Source: an uncultured Chitinophaga sp.
Lineage (GTDB): Bacteria > Bacteroidota > Bacteroidia > UBA7662
Reading direction: 5' to 3'
DNA: 64,000 nucleotides
NCBI GenBank assembly: GCA_964577055.1
Contig: CAZNWC010000003.1
Span: 28,020 to 92,019, forward strand
Shown: positions 30,619-40,088 of the stretch, one piece after another
Layout of the letters: each line of letters opens with the position of its first letter
How positions within the stretch are numbered: position 1 is the first letter of the stretch
The notes under the pieces: model-generated
The model's database searches: none
Told to the model about the DNA's origin: nothing
Seen by the model: the letters and a program-made list of their open reading frames with translations, nothing else
Made by a program: the position numbers and the translations under genes

Positions 30619-31671
30619 ATGAAATTAGATATGATAAAGAAAAGCAGCCTGATGATTGTAGCACTGGCAACCGTTGTTGCCAGTGCCTACGCAGGCAATC
30701 CTGATCGTCGTGGTCAGGCCGGTGCACAGGAGTTATTGGTAGTTCCATGGGCCCGCAGTGCCGGCTGGATCGGTGTAAATACTTCTACCGTTCGCGGTAT
30801 TGAAGCCGAGCGCATGAATGTAGCCGGATTGGCTTTCACCAAACGTACGGAGTTGAATTTCTCTCGTACTACCTGGTTGAGTGGCACCGACATTTACATG
30901 AATGCTTTTGGTTTAGCGACCAAAATCAATGAGTCGAGCTCGCTTGGTTTTTCGGTAATGTCGATTGACATGGGTTCGGTGGAAATCACTACCACAGAAA
31001 ATCCCGATGGTGGATTGGGTACTTATAAGCCCTCCTTTGCAAACATCGGTATTTCGTATGCCAAGTCGTTTTCTGACCGCATTCACGGTGGTGCTACTGT
31101 ACGTATCATCAGCCAGAGTATTTCTGACGTAAGTGCACAAGGTGTAGCTTTCGACGCAGGTATTCAGTATGTAACGGGTCCGAAAGATGCCATCAAATTT
31201 GGTATTGCCTTGCGCAACGTAGGTACACCTATGCAATTTGGTGGCGACGGTTTGTCGGCTCGTGGTACCATGCAGGGCAGCACAGTTGCCCTCACCCTCA
31301 ACCAGCGTTCGGCACAATTTGAATTGCCTTCGTTGATGAACATTGGTGCTTCATATGACTTGTACCCAATGGGTGTTGACGATTACAAATTGACCCTTGC
31401 TGGTAACTTCACTTCGAATTCATTTACCAACGACCAGTATGGTTTAGGCGCAGAATTTAGCTGGAAGAATATGTTCGCCGCTCGTGCAGGTTATCAGTTT
31501 GAAGATGGTTTTAGCACTGAAGCCAGCCGTCAGAATGTATATACCGGTTTAAACTTCGGTTTTTCGGTAGATGCACCTGTTGGCAAGAGCATCTTTGGTT
31601 TTGACTATGCTTATCGTGGAACAAATCCTTTTGGAGGAACCCATTTGATTGGTATTCGCTACAACCTTTGA
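30619..31671 (+). CDS. FadL-fold outer membrane beta-barrel, PorV/PorQ-like T9SS shuttle-family protein
   Basis: About 350 aa with signal peptide MKLDMIKKSSLMIVALATVVASAYA. The FadL/PorV-type N-terminal motif is AGAQELLVVPWARSAGWIGV...ERMNVAGLAF. The barrel ends ...GIRYNL. It is encoded 19 nt after the CTD-bearing gene. Confidence 0.5.
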   Translation: MKLDMIKKSSLMIVALATVVASAYAGNPDRRGQAGAQELLVVPWARSAGWIGVNTSTVRGIEAERMNVAGLAFTKRTELNFSRTTWLSGTDIYMNAFGLATKINESSSLGFSVMSIDMGSVEITTTENPDGGLGTYKPSFANIGISYAKSFSDRIHGGATVRIISQSISDVSAQGVAFDAGIQYVTGPKDAIKFGIALRNVGTPMQFGGDGLSARGTMQGSTVALTLNQRSAQFELPSLMNIGASYDLYPMGVDDYKLTLAGNFTSNSFTNDQYGLGAEFSWKNMFAARAGYQFEDGFSTEASRQNVYTGLNFGFSVDAPVGKSIFGFDYAYRGTNPFGGTHLIGIRYNL

Positions 31672-31692
31672 TTTTTTTGTAACTTTGTAAGG

Positions 31693-31729
31693 AAACGCTC
31701 CCCCTTCGGGTGGGGCGTTTCTGTTTTTT
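31693..31729 (+). terminator. Rho-independent terminator after PorV-like gene
   Basis: A 12-bp stem AAACGCTCCCCC/GGTGGGGCGTTT with loop TTCG is followed by CTGTTTTTT. Confidence 0.6.
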
Positions 31730-31742
31730 AAAAAAGTAGCTT

Positions 31743-32216
31743 ATGAGTCAGGTATCTTATTTTACGAAAGAAGGATTAGAGAAGTTAAAGGAAGAATTGG
31801 CCGATTTAAAGGGTCGTGGTCGTGCTGAAATGGCACGTGCTATTCAGGAGGCGCGTGAAAAGGGAGATCTTTCTGAGAATGCGGAGTATGATGCTGCCAA
31901 AGAAGCGCAGGGCTTGCTGGAGTTGAACATTGTGAAACTTGAGCAGGTATTGGCCAGTGCACGGGTGATGGACGAAAGTCAGATCGACTTGTCGAAAGTT
32001 CAGCCGTTGACCAAGGTGAAAATCAAAAATCTGGCAAACGGTGCGGTCATGACCTACACCTTGGTTTCGGAGAAGGAAGCTGATTTGAAGGCGGGAAAAA
32101 TTTCGGTGGGTTCACCCATTGGCAGCGGACTGATTGGCCGTAAGGTTGGTGATGTTGCCGAAATTCAGGTGCCGTCGGGTGTGATGAAATTCGAAATTGT
32201 AGAAATCAGCTTGTAA
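31743..32216 (+). CDS. greA: Transcription elongation factor GreA
   Basis: 157 aa. The N-terminal coiled coil includes LSENAEYDAAKEAQ and is followed by an FKBP-like C-terminal domain. Confidence 0.9.
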   Translation: MSQVSYFTKEGLEKLKEELADLKGRGRAEMARAIQEAREKGDLSENAEYDAAKEAQGLLELNIVKLEQVLASARVMDESQIDLSKVQPLTKVKIKNLANGAVMTYTLVSEKEADLKAGKISVGSPIGSGLIGRKVGDVAEIQVPSGVMKFEIVEISL

Positions 32217-32217
32217 C

Positions 32218-32610
32218 ATGCCCACCATTTTCAGTCGCATAATCGCTGGAGAAATTCCCTGTCATAAAATTGCAGAGAACGAGCAATTTTTGGCTTTTTT
32301 GGATATTCAGCCTTTGGTAGAAGGACATGTGCTTGTCATTCCGAAAGTAGAGGTAGATTATATTTTTCAGTTGGAAGATGAGGTGTTGGCAGGACTCATC
32401 CTTTTTGCCAAGAGTTTGGCACCGGCTATCCAAAAGGCCATCCCCTGCAAACGTTTGGGGGTATCGGTCATTGGTTTAGAAGTTCCGCATACGCACATCC
32501 ACCTCATTCCGATCAATGAAGTGGGCGATATGAATTTCAGCAAACGTAAGTTGAATCCCTCGGGAGATGATTTGGCCGATGTGGCCGCACGCATCAGGGC
32601 GAACTTATAA
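32218..32610 (+). CDS. HIT-family (histidine triad) hydrolase
   Basis: 130 aa. The HIT motif is HTHIHLIP and GHVLVIPK is present. The start is 2 nt after the greA stop. Confidence 0.85.
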   Translation: MPTIFSRIIAGEIPCHKIAENEQFLAFLDIQPLVEGHVLVIPKVEVDYIFQLEDEVLAGLILFAKSLAPAIQKAIPCKRLGVSVIGLEVPHTHIHLIPINEVGDMNFSKRKLNPSGDDLADVAARIRANL

Positions 32611-33163
32611 GTTTGTCGGGGTTTTCCTTCAAAAAAGCTTTCCACCCACCCTTAGCGGTGGGTATTTTTTTGCCATAAGTTTGGAAATGGTGGCAAACAG
32701 CCACGGCCAACGCATCGGTAGCGTCGAGTTTTTCGGTCGACACACGTGCTTTGAGCAGGGTATCGAGCATGGCTGCCACTTGTTCTTTGCTGGCATTGCC
32801 GTTGCCTGTAATGGCTTGTTTCACTTTTTTGGGTGCATACTCCACCACGGGGACTTGTCGTGACAGGGCAGCAGCAATGGCCACGCCTTGTGCCCTGCCG
32901 AGTTTGAGCATGCTTTGTACGTTTTTACCAAAAAAAGGGGCTTCGATGGCCAGCTCATCGGGCAAGTGTTTGTCGATCAACCGGATGAGTTCGGTGAAGA
33001 TGAGGGCCAATTTGGTGGCATGGTCACCGCTTTTCGACAGGTTGAGTACACCTACGTCGCGTAGTTGCATGAAATTGCCATGGACTTCGATGATGCCGAA
33101 CCCCATGACGGTGGTGCCGGGGTCGATACCGAGGATGATTTTGGTTGGTTGCGTTGCCTGCAT
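32594..33163 (-). CDS. ruvC: Crossover junction endodeoxyribonuclease RuvC
   Basis: The RNase-H-like N-terminus is [20 protein letters not shown]. The start was chosen at MQATQ, since the longer ORF extension is Pro-rich junk. Confidence 0.85.
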   Translation of the reverse strand: MQATQPTKIILGIDPGTTVMGFGIIEVHGNFMQLRDVGVLNLSKSGDHATKLALIFTELIRLIDKHLPDELAIEAPFFGKNVQSMLKLGRAQGVAIAAALSRQVPVVEYAPKKVKQAITGNGNASKEQVAAMLDTLLKARVSTEKLDATDALAVAVCHHFQTYGKKIPTAKGGWKAFLKENPDKLISSP

Positions 33164-33241
33164 GCTGCTGCTAAGATAAGGTGAAAAGGCCGTCGGAGGG
33201 GGAGTGGTTGTTTGTAATTTCACTTAACTTCGCCCAATAAG

Positions 33242-34300
33242 ATGGAACAAAAGTGGTGGCATCGGTTAGCGCGCAACAAGCCGGCAATGGCAGGAGGAAT
33301 TTTCCTGTTGCTGGTGGTGCTGATGGCGTTGTTTGCTTACCTCTTTATTCCAGATAAAAGCCGCGATGCCAATCAACAAGATTTGCGACTCATTGCATTG
33401 CCCCCGGGCAGCGAGGTGCTTTTTTTGGTTCATCCGTTGAACGGTGGTACTGAGGCTGTGGGGGGATGGCTGTTTGCTGGTAAAACAGTGGTTCCTGAGC
33501 GAACAGCTCTCGAATGGTATGCTTTCGCGGGCGATACCTTAGCATACAGGGCCGTGGGTGACCCAGCGGAACTGCCGCCACAAAAAGTGGCCATGTCGGA
33601 AGGGTATGCTATTCAAAAGGTGCGTTTTTGGTTGGGTACTGATGTCATGGGGCGCGATTTGTGCAGCCGTTTGGTTTTGGGTTTGCGGGTATCGTTGGGC
33701 GTTGGTCTCATTGCGGTATTTATTAGTTTATTCATGGGGGTGTTTTTGGGGGCCTTGGCCGGATATTATGGAGGTTGGGTTGATCAGGTGGTAGGATGGG
33801 TAATCAATGTGATTTGGTCGGTACCGTCCTTGTTGCTGGTGATTGCCTTTTCGTTGGTGTTGGGCAAGGGCATGTGGCAGGTTTTTTTGGCTGTAGGCCT
33901 CACCATGTGGGTAGATGTGGCACGCATGGTGCGGGGACAGGTATTGGGTTTGCGCGAGCAGGAGTTTGTTGTTGCCGCCAAGGCCATGGGCTTCAGCGAT
34001 TTGCGGGTCATTTTCAGGCATTTGCTGCCCAATGTGGTGGGCACCATGGTCATCATGTCGGCGAGCAATTTTGCCACAGCCATTTTGGTAGAATCGGGAC
34101 TCAGTTTTCTGGGTTTGGGTGTGCAGCCACCTACAGCCAGTTTGGGGATGATGATCAAGGAGCACTATCCATACATCATCATGGATGCAGCCTATTTGGC
34201 CTTGGTTCCGGGTGTGGTGATCTTGCTTTTGGTATTGGCTTTTAATCTTTTTGGCAACGGCCTGAGCGATGCTTTTGACAGCAAGGTGAAAATACGCTAA
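33242..34300 (+). CDS. ABC transporter permease (DppC/OppC-like binding-protein-dependent inner membrane component)
   Basis: 352 aa with a single N-terminal TM, a periplasmic loop, then a 5-TM permease core with an EAA-like loop. No ATPase or substrate-binding gene is adjacent. Confidence 0.6.
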   Translation: MEQKWWHRLARNKPAMAGGIFLLLVVLMALFAYLFIPDKSRDANQQDLRLIALPPGSEVLFLVHPLNGGTEAVGGWLFAGKTVVPERTALEWYAFAGDTLAYRAVGDPAELPPQKVAMSEGYAIQKVRFWLGTDVMGRDLCSRLVLGLRVSLGVGLIAVFISLFMGVFLGALAGYYGGWVDQVVGWVINVIWSVPSLLLVIAFSLVLGKGMWQVFLAVGLTMWVDVARMVRGQVLGLREQEFVVAAKAMGFSDLRVIFRHLLPNVVGTMVIMSASNFATAILVESGLSFLGLGVQPPTASLGMMIKEHYPYIIMDAAYLALVPGVVILLLVLAFNLFGNGLSDAFDSKVKIR

Positions 34301-34317
34301 CTTGCTCTTAATTTGTT

Positions 34318-35568
34318 ATGGAAAGCTCCGCACCTGCGACCGAACCCTTGCTTGCCGATTTGCAGGAATTGCAGCGCCAGCTTGCCTTGCGACACGTACA
34401 ACTGGATGGGGTTTTGCAGCTGACACAGGCCGTAAACTACAATTTTTCGAATGCAGCTTTGATTGAGATTTATGGCTATATGCTCACCCATGAACTCAAG
34501 GTAGGTCGATTTTTATTGTATCTCGAAGAAGAGGGTTGGAAGAGTTACAGTAGTAAAGGCTTGGCTACGCATACTTACCCGGGGGATCCGGTTGTATTGG
34601 AAGGGCTCGACCGCTGTGTAGCCGTGCCAGAGGCAATAGCAGATACTTTTCCGGGCATGGAATGGGTGGTACCGGTGGTGTACAAGCAGCGTTCTTTGGC
34701 CTTTTTGCTTTTAGGAGGCTGTGGTGCATGGGCCGATGCCCAACGCAAAGAGCTCTTGCAATATTTACAAGCCGTAACCAATATTTTGGCTGTCGCCAAT
34801 GAAAATCGAAGCCTCTTTCAGCAGCAAATGCAGCAGCAAAAAATGCAACAGGAATTGGCTTTGGCTGCTCAGATGCAGGGATTGCTGATTCCCGATAAGC
34901 TACCGCACAATGCGCATGTGGAGATGGCTGCCATCTACTTGCCGCACCGCGATGTAGGTGGCGACTATTACGATGTGGTGACTTTGCCTACAGAAGAACT
35001 CGTTTTTTGTGTGGCCGACGTTTCGGGAAAGGGCATTCCAGCCGCTTTGCTGATGTCGAATTTTCAGGCAAATTTACGTGCCCTCATCAACTACCATCCC
35101 AATTTACGCAGTCTGGTTGCCGAGCTCAACAAAGCCGTACTCAACATCACAAAAGGCGATAAATTCATCACCATGTTCATTGGCAAACTCGACGAAAAAA
35201 CGGGTTTGTTGAAATACATCTCATGCGGACATGTACCGCCTTTGCTTATCCGTAACCATGAGGTGAAAGAACTCAAGGAAGGTACCACCATCCTGGGTAT
35301 GTTTGACGCCCTGCCTTTTTTGCATGTAGGCAAAATACATCTTGAACCTGGCGATTTATTGCTGGCTTTTACAGATGGCGTATCGGAAGTGAGTGATTAC
35401 CGCGGCAGGGGCTTTGGAACTGCGCAAATCCAGCAAATTGCTGCCGAAAACCAATCGGGGAGCCTTCGTGATCTGCAAAAACGCTTGCTTGAACAGCTGA
35501 TCAAGTTCAAAGGCGATCGAAACTTTGCCGACGACCTTACATTGTTGGGTTTGCGGTATTTGGGCTGA
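34318..35568 (+). CDS. GAF-domain PP2C-type serine phosphatase (SpoIIE/RsbU family)
   Basis: 416 aa. An N-terminal GAF-like region is followed by a PP2C core with DVGGDYYD and ADVSGKGIPAALLMS motifs. Confidence 0.8.
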   Translation: MESSAPATEPLLADLQELQRQLALRHVQLDGVLQLTQAVNYNFSNAALIEIYGYMLTHELKVGRFLLYLEEEGWKSYSSKGLATHTYPGDPVVLEGLDRCVAVPEAIADTFPGMEWVVPVVYKQRSLAFLLLGGCGAWADAQRKELLQYLQAVTNILAVANENRSLFQQQMQQQKMQQELALAAQMQGLLIPDKLPHNAHVEMAAIYLPHRDVGGDYYDVVTLPTEELVFCVADVSGKGIPAALLMSNFQANLRALINYHPNLRSLVAELNKAVLNITKGDKFITMFIGKLDEKTGLLKYISCGHVPPLLIRNHEVKELKEGTTILGMFDALPFLHVGKIHLEPGDLLLAFTDGVSEVSDYRGRGFGTAQIQQIAAENQSGSLRDLQKRLLEQLIKFKGDRNFADDLTLLGLRYLG

Positions 35569-35656
35569 AAATGGTTGGCGCTTGGCTTTCAGTTTTCAGC
35601 CTTTAGCGGTCGGCCAGGCGTAATCGCCATGACTGAACGTCAAACCGCATCTTCTA

Positions 35657-37135
35657 TCATCCTTCCGCCTCATGCTTTGTGGCAAGCCCCATGTGCCCTG
35701 CCCCTTCCGGTGCGTGGTAGATGTCAATGGCCGTGATGACGGCGAGGAATGACCAATACAAAAGGGCGGTTTTGTCGATGTCGAGGTAATCGTTCAAAAA
35801 GCCATGGGTTAGATAGGTGACCAATCCCAAGAGCACTATCAAAATGCTTTGTTTGAGGAATTGATCACGCAGGGTGTAGTACAAACGCATGGCTTTGGAA
35901 ATGGCAAAACCGATGATGGTTAAAAAAATGACAAAGCCAGGAATGCCCATCTCCACCAGCGGGTTCATGTATTCGCTGTGTATGCCACCAACATCGGCGG
36001 CATTGGTGCTGATAATGGTTTTTTCGTTGGGTTTTTGAAATGGGGCGTATTGGAACATATAGGTGCCCGGACCCCAGCCTAAAAAGGGTCGTTCTTCTAA
36101 CATGCGAAAGCCACTGGCCCAACGGTTCAGTCGTTCGAGATTGGAGGCATCGGTACGCACGTTTGAAATAGATTTCACGTGCTTGCTCAGGTCATCGGCC
36201 GAATCGGTTTTGTTTTCCATCAACCGCATGGTGATTTGCGTTTGGAAGGTGAAAAACAAGGCCACCACTACACCCAAGGCACCCAAGAGTCCCCAGAACG
36301 GAATTTTCAATCGTAGCACCAGGTAAAAGGCACCGGCAGCAATCACCCCCAACCAGGCTGCACGCGTATAGCTGAAGATGAGTCCAGCGGTAAAAATGAC
36401 CAGCAACAGCAGCATCACAAAGCTCATGAGCGGCCGCTGGGTGAAAAGTGGTAGCCTGAATAGGTATACCACAATCATGGGGATAAAAAAGGCGACCATC
36501 GCTCCATATATGCCGTGGTTCATCACGAATGGTTCACTGGCCCAATACGAGGCTTGTTTGGTAAAGCCGTAGGTGCTGTGGTTGTAAATACTCCAGATAA
36601 TTACCGCCGTGAGGGGCACCATGTAGAGCCACAAAAAAAGGTGTATGTTTTGTCTTTTGCGAAACAGCTGCAAGCCAATGAAATAGAAGCAGGTGATGAA
36701 CCACAGGTTCGACAAAAAGAACTTGAACGAAGTAAGGGGCATGCTGCTTGAAATGCTGGTAAATACCATCCACAGCAAATAGAAGACAATCGACAAGCTA
36801 ATTGGGTGGTACAAGGCCCGTGTGTCGTAACGCCCCTCGATGAGCAGCTTGAGGTAAAATAGCACCATCATGCCAAAGAGCAGGGGTTCGGTGGGCAAGG
36901 TAAAACTGATGCCCAATTGGCCTACATCGACCAATACGCTCAAGGGTGTGATGAAGGTGATGAACAGCAGCGAACGGTCGATGCTGAAGGTGACGAAATA
37001 CACGAACCACAGCGCCATGGGTACAAAAAGGAACCAATATTGCTCGCGCGTGAGCATAAAGCTGCTGAAGGATACAAACAGCACCCCTATGGCGTAAAAC
37101 CAACTTTTGCTCAGCGATGATGTGGCCAGCCGCAT
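35657..37135 (-). CDS. O-antigen ligase (Wzy)-family polytopic membrane protein
   Basis: 492 aa with ~12 TM segments. The Wzy_C-like motif is YTRAAWLGVIAAGAFYL, and a large periplasmic loop is present. Confidence 0.55.
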   Translation of the reverse strand: MRLATSSLSKSWFYAIGVLFVSFSSFMLTREQYWFLFVPMALWFVYFVTFSIDRSLLFITFITPLSVLVDVGQLGISFTLPTEPLLFGMMVLFYLKLLIEGRYDTRALYHPISLSIVFYLLWMVFTSISSSMPLTSFKFFLSNLWFITCFYFIGLQLFRKRQNIHLFLWLYMVPLTAVIIWSIYNHSTYGFTKQASYWASEPFVMNHGIYGAMVAFFIPMIVVYLFRLPLFTQRPLMSFVMLLLLVIFTAGLIFSYTRAAWLGVIAAGAFYLVLRLKIPFWGLLGALGVVVALFFTFQTQITMRLMENKTDSADDLSKHVKSISNVRTDASNLERLNRWASGFRMLEERPFLGWGPGTYMFQYAPFQKPNEKTIISTNAADVGGIHSEYMNPLVEMGIPGFVIFLTIIGFAISKAMRLYYTLRDQFLKQSILIVLLGLVTYLTHGFLNDYLDIDKTALLYWSFLAVITAIDIYHAPEGAGHMGLATKHEAEG

Positions 37136-37138
37136 GCC

Positions 37139-38257
37139 TTACTGTTTGCGTGCAAGGAGGTATTTGTAGTTCTCTACCGCAATGAGGATAAGCAGGGTGA
37201 ACAAAAAGGCGCCAAAAGTGCTCAACAAAACGATGAGTGAACGCAATGGATAGGTTTTCTTTTCGGCAACTTTGGCTGAATTCACCACAAATTTTACGGG
37301 CAGCACTTCGTCAACATCCACTTTGGCGCGGTCGTAACGCTGACGGAGCTTTACCAATTCTTCGTTTTCTTTTTCAAGTTGTTCTTTTACGCTGTTGTAT
37401 GCACCCCCAAAACGGCCCAAAAGGTCGAGTTGTTTTTGCAGTTCACGCGCGGTAGCTTCCGATCCGCTGAGGCGCGATTCGTTGTTCACAATGCCCGTAT
37501 CGGTATCGGCAATGCCTTTGTTCCGCAATACCTGCAGCTTGGCTTTGGCATCCGAAATGCCTGCCACTGCTTGTACGTATACATCGGTAATGTGGTCGAT
37601 TTGCATGTCGTAATCGAAAATGCCCATGTTGCGGAACTGGTTGAGCGAGTCGTTGAGGCGGTTCACCAGATCGCGCTTGGCGAGGTACTGCGTTTCCACA
37701 ATTTGCAAGGCCTTGGTAGCCTGTTCCTGTTGGATTTTATTTTTGGTTTCGTCGAGCAGGGCAGCTATGTCGTTGGCGATGTTAGCGGCAATTTGAGGAT
37801 CGGTGTCGAGCACTTCAATTTCTACCGATGAATATTCGGTACGGCGGAAGCGGATATTGTCGCTGAATTTTTTGGCCAGTTGGGTGTAGCGGAATTTGCT
37901 GTTGGGTTTGATGTCGTAATGGTTCATCAAATCGTATTTGTCGATGATGAACTGCCTGATTTCGTCGGAATACAAGATTTGTATCAGCTGTTCGGCCTGT
38001 TCTTCTTCGCCAAACTCAAGTGGGTCGCTGCGGTCGTAAGCATTTTCGTTGAGAAGGGCTTTGGACACCGAATTGGTGGTGGCGGGATAAAACACCACTG
38101 TTGATTTAAAGCGAGGTTTGATGAAAGTGGGGCCTGAAAAGATGACCGAGGCCACGGCTGCGAGCATGGTTACCACCAGGATAGGGGTTTTCCATTTTAC
38201 CAGAAATTCAACCACCGAAAGGGAATCGAAACTGTACGCCTGTTTCTCAGCTTGCAT
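37139..38257 (-). CDS. Polysaccharide chain-length determinant (Wzz/GumC-like) protein
   Basis: The start was chosen at MQAEKQ because the ORF track extension upstream is a GC-rich artefact. It has an N-terminal TM, a long coiled-coil periplasmic region, and a C-terminal TM. Confidence 0.5.
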   Translation of the reverse strand: MQAEKQAYSFDSLSVVEFLVKWKTPILVVTMLAAVASVIFSGPTFIKPRFKSTVVFYPATTNSVSKALLNENAYDRSDPLEFGEEEQAEQLIQILYSDEIRQFIIDKYDLMNHYDIKPNSKFRYTQLAKKFSDNIRFRRTEYSSVEIEVLDTDPQIAANIANDIAALLDETKNKIQQEQATKALQIVETQYLAKRDLVNRLNDSLNQFRNMGIFDYDMQIDHITDVYVQAVAGISDAKAKLQVLRNKGIADTDTGIVNNESRLSGSEATARELQKQLDLLGRFGGAYNSVKEQLEKENEELVKLRQRYDRAKVDVDEVLPVKFVVNSAKVAEKKTYPLRSLIVLLSTFGAFLFTLLILIAVENYKYLLARKQ

Positions 38258-38292
38258 AGGTATTTTTTGAATTGGGTCAAAAATAAGGATTC

Positions 38293-39726
38293 CTACGACA
38301 AACGGCCCTGTAAATAGGCATAAATGCGTTGGTAAAGGGGCAGTCCGAACAGGAGCAAGAGCAAGGTTAGTCCGACCATGCTTTGCAGCGCGCTGCTCCA
38401 AAACGAAGGGGGCATGGGCCAAGCCTTGCTCAAACCCATGCAAACGCCTGTCCAAAGCAGCAATCGGCCCGCAAAGCCGGCGTGGAGCTGCCATTTGTGG
38501 CGTTTCCAGGCCATGATGAGTTGGCAAAGGGCCATGAGCGATTGGGTGCACAGGGCGGCGGTTGCGGCCCCCACCGGACCAGTTTGTGGTATCAGCCAAA
38601 AGTTGAGCAGCAAGTTCAGCAGCAACGCAGCCGCAGCCAGCTGGTTCAATTGCCGCAAATGCCCTCCGGCTGTGAGCAAGGTGCCAAATACGTAGTTCAA
38701 GCTGAGGGGCAAAAAGGTCCACATCAGCAAACGGAAAGCCTGGTTTTGTACAGGGTCGTGGTGGTGGTATAGCCACTCCATCAACCAATCGGCCTGCACC
38801 TGTGCCACCACGGCCACTACACTGCCCAATCCGCCCAACAGCAGGGCAGCAGTGCGTACAAAGGCGGCATCGAGTTTTTGGCTGGCCAACATGGATGCAA
38901 ATTGGGGCAGGAGGATGCCGCTTACGAGGATGGGCACCATGGCGAAGGCGTCGAGCAGGCGATATCCCGCAGCATAGACGCCTGCCGCATAATCACCTTG
39001 GGGCAGTAGATTTTGCAGCAATACCGCATCTATTTTGGTGTATCCGGCCATCAGGAGTCCTAACAAGGCGAAAGGCAAGGACTGACGCAGCAATTTTCGG
39101 CTCAACGACCAGGAGAAGTACAGGCGCGGACGAACCTTGCGGCTTACCAGCAACAACAAGGGAAGGGAGGTGCCCACATAGGCGAGGGTTTGGATGAGCA
39201 CAAAATCAGTCATCAGGGCGCCGCTGAGGTAGGGTTGATTGAGCAGCAGCGGCCAGGCCAGGAGACTCATGAGCAATTTGTCGAGCACCCCAAAAAAGCC
39301 TTCGGTTTTGAATTGTTGGGTGCCTGCCAGGTACGAGCGCAAAAACAGGTTCAAAAAGTGCAGACCTTGGTTGAGGCAAATGAGCAGCAACAACGGGCCG
39401 GGCGATAAACCGCTGATCCAAGCGGCTCCGAGGGTGAGCAAGAGGTAAGCGACAAAAAGTTGGCTTTTGAGTCCGAGCAGGCCTTCGAGTGTGTGCCCCT
39501 CGGAGGCGGTTTGCATGGCAACCCGCCGGGTATTGTAATTCGAAAGTCCGGCATCGAGCAGGGTGCTGAGCAGGAGCGAGAAGTTGAGCAGGGCGTAGTA
39601 TTGTCCGTAGGCTTCGGGACCAGCTTGGTTTTGCACCTGCCGGTCGATGGCGAAGATCCAGAAGGGTTTGATGGTGAGGTTGAGTAGGAGGACCACACCG
39701 GCATTGTAGAGAAAACGCAGCCGCAT
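38293..39726 (-). CDS. Polysaccharide flippase (Wzx / MOP-superfamily oligosaccharide transporter)
   Basis: The true start is at MRLRFLYNAG. The 150-aa N-terminal extension in the ORF track is the translation of the DNA tandem repeat. About 12-14 TM segments with a Wzx-like topology. Confidence 0.6.
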   Translation of the reverse strand: MRLRFLYNAGVVLLLNLTIKPFWIFAIDRQVQNQAGPEAYGQYYALLNFSLLLSTLLDAGLSNYNTRRVAMQTASEGHTLEGLLGLKSQLFVAYLLLTLGAAWISGLSPGPLLLLICLNQGLHFLNLFLRSYLAGTQQFKTEGFFGVLDKLLMSLLAWPLLLNQPYLSGALMTDFVLIQTLAYVGTSLPLLLLVSRKVRPRLYFSWSLSRKLLRQSLPFALLGLLMAGYTKIDAVLLQNLLPQGDYAAGVYAAGYRLLDAFAMVPILVSGILLPQFASMLASQKLDAAFVRTAALLLGGLGSVVAVVAQVQADWLMEWLYHHHDPVQNQAFRLLMWTFLPLSLNYVFGTLLTAGGHLRQLNQLAAAALLLNLLLNFWLIPQTGPVGAATAALCTQSLMALCQLIMAWKRHKWQLHAGFAGRLLLWTGVCMGLSKAWPMPPSFWSSALQSMVGLTLLLLLFGLPLYQRIYAYLQGRLS

Positions 39727-39744
39727 GGGGTAAAGATAAGAGAT

Positions 39745-39950
39745 GTGGGGGAAGCTAGCGCTTCTGTGGGGGAAGCTGCGCTTCTGTGGGTGAAGCTGCG
39801 CTTCTGTGGGGGAAGCTAGCGCTTCTGTGGATGAAGCTGCGCTTCTGTTGATGAAGCTGGCGCTTCTGTGGATGAAGCTGCGCTTCTGTGGGGCATGCTG
39901 CGCATCTGTGGGGGAAGCTAGCGCTTCTGTGGGGGAGGCTGCGCTTCTAA
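39745..39950. repeat. Tandem repeat, ~10 copies of a 20-21-bp unit (consensus GAAGCT[A]GCGCTTCTGTGGGGG) in divergent intergenic region
   Basis: Directly visible. GAAGCT recurs with periods 21,20,20,21,20,21,20,20,21,21. The last copies are degenerate. Confidence 0.9.
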
Positions 39951-40088
39951 AGCTGGCGGGGGTGGCGACTTCGAAAATGTTCGCATCGGTGGGGCTGTAC
40001 CGTGCTTGGAAACGATTTGGCATTGGAAAAATGGACGGACGGCAGTATTTGCGGTGAAGGGAATCAATTATTTGCCAATATTTGCGGC

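Noticed and set aside
39745-39950. Possible CRISPR array (regular short repeats)
   Set aside because: Adjacent units are near-identical across their whole 20-21 bp, with no unique spacers between them. There is no leader or cas context. It is a simple tandem (minisatellite-like) repeat.
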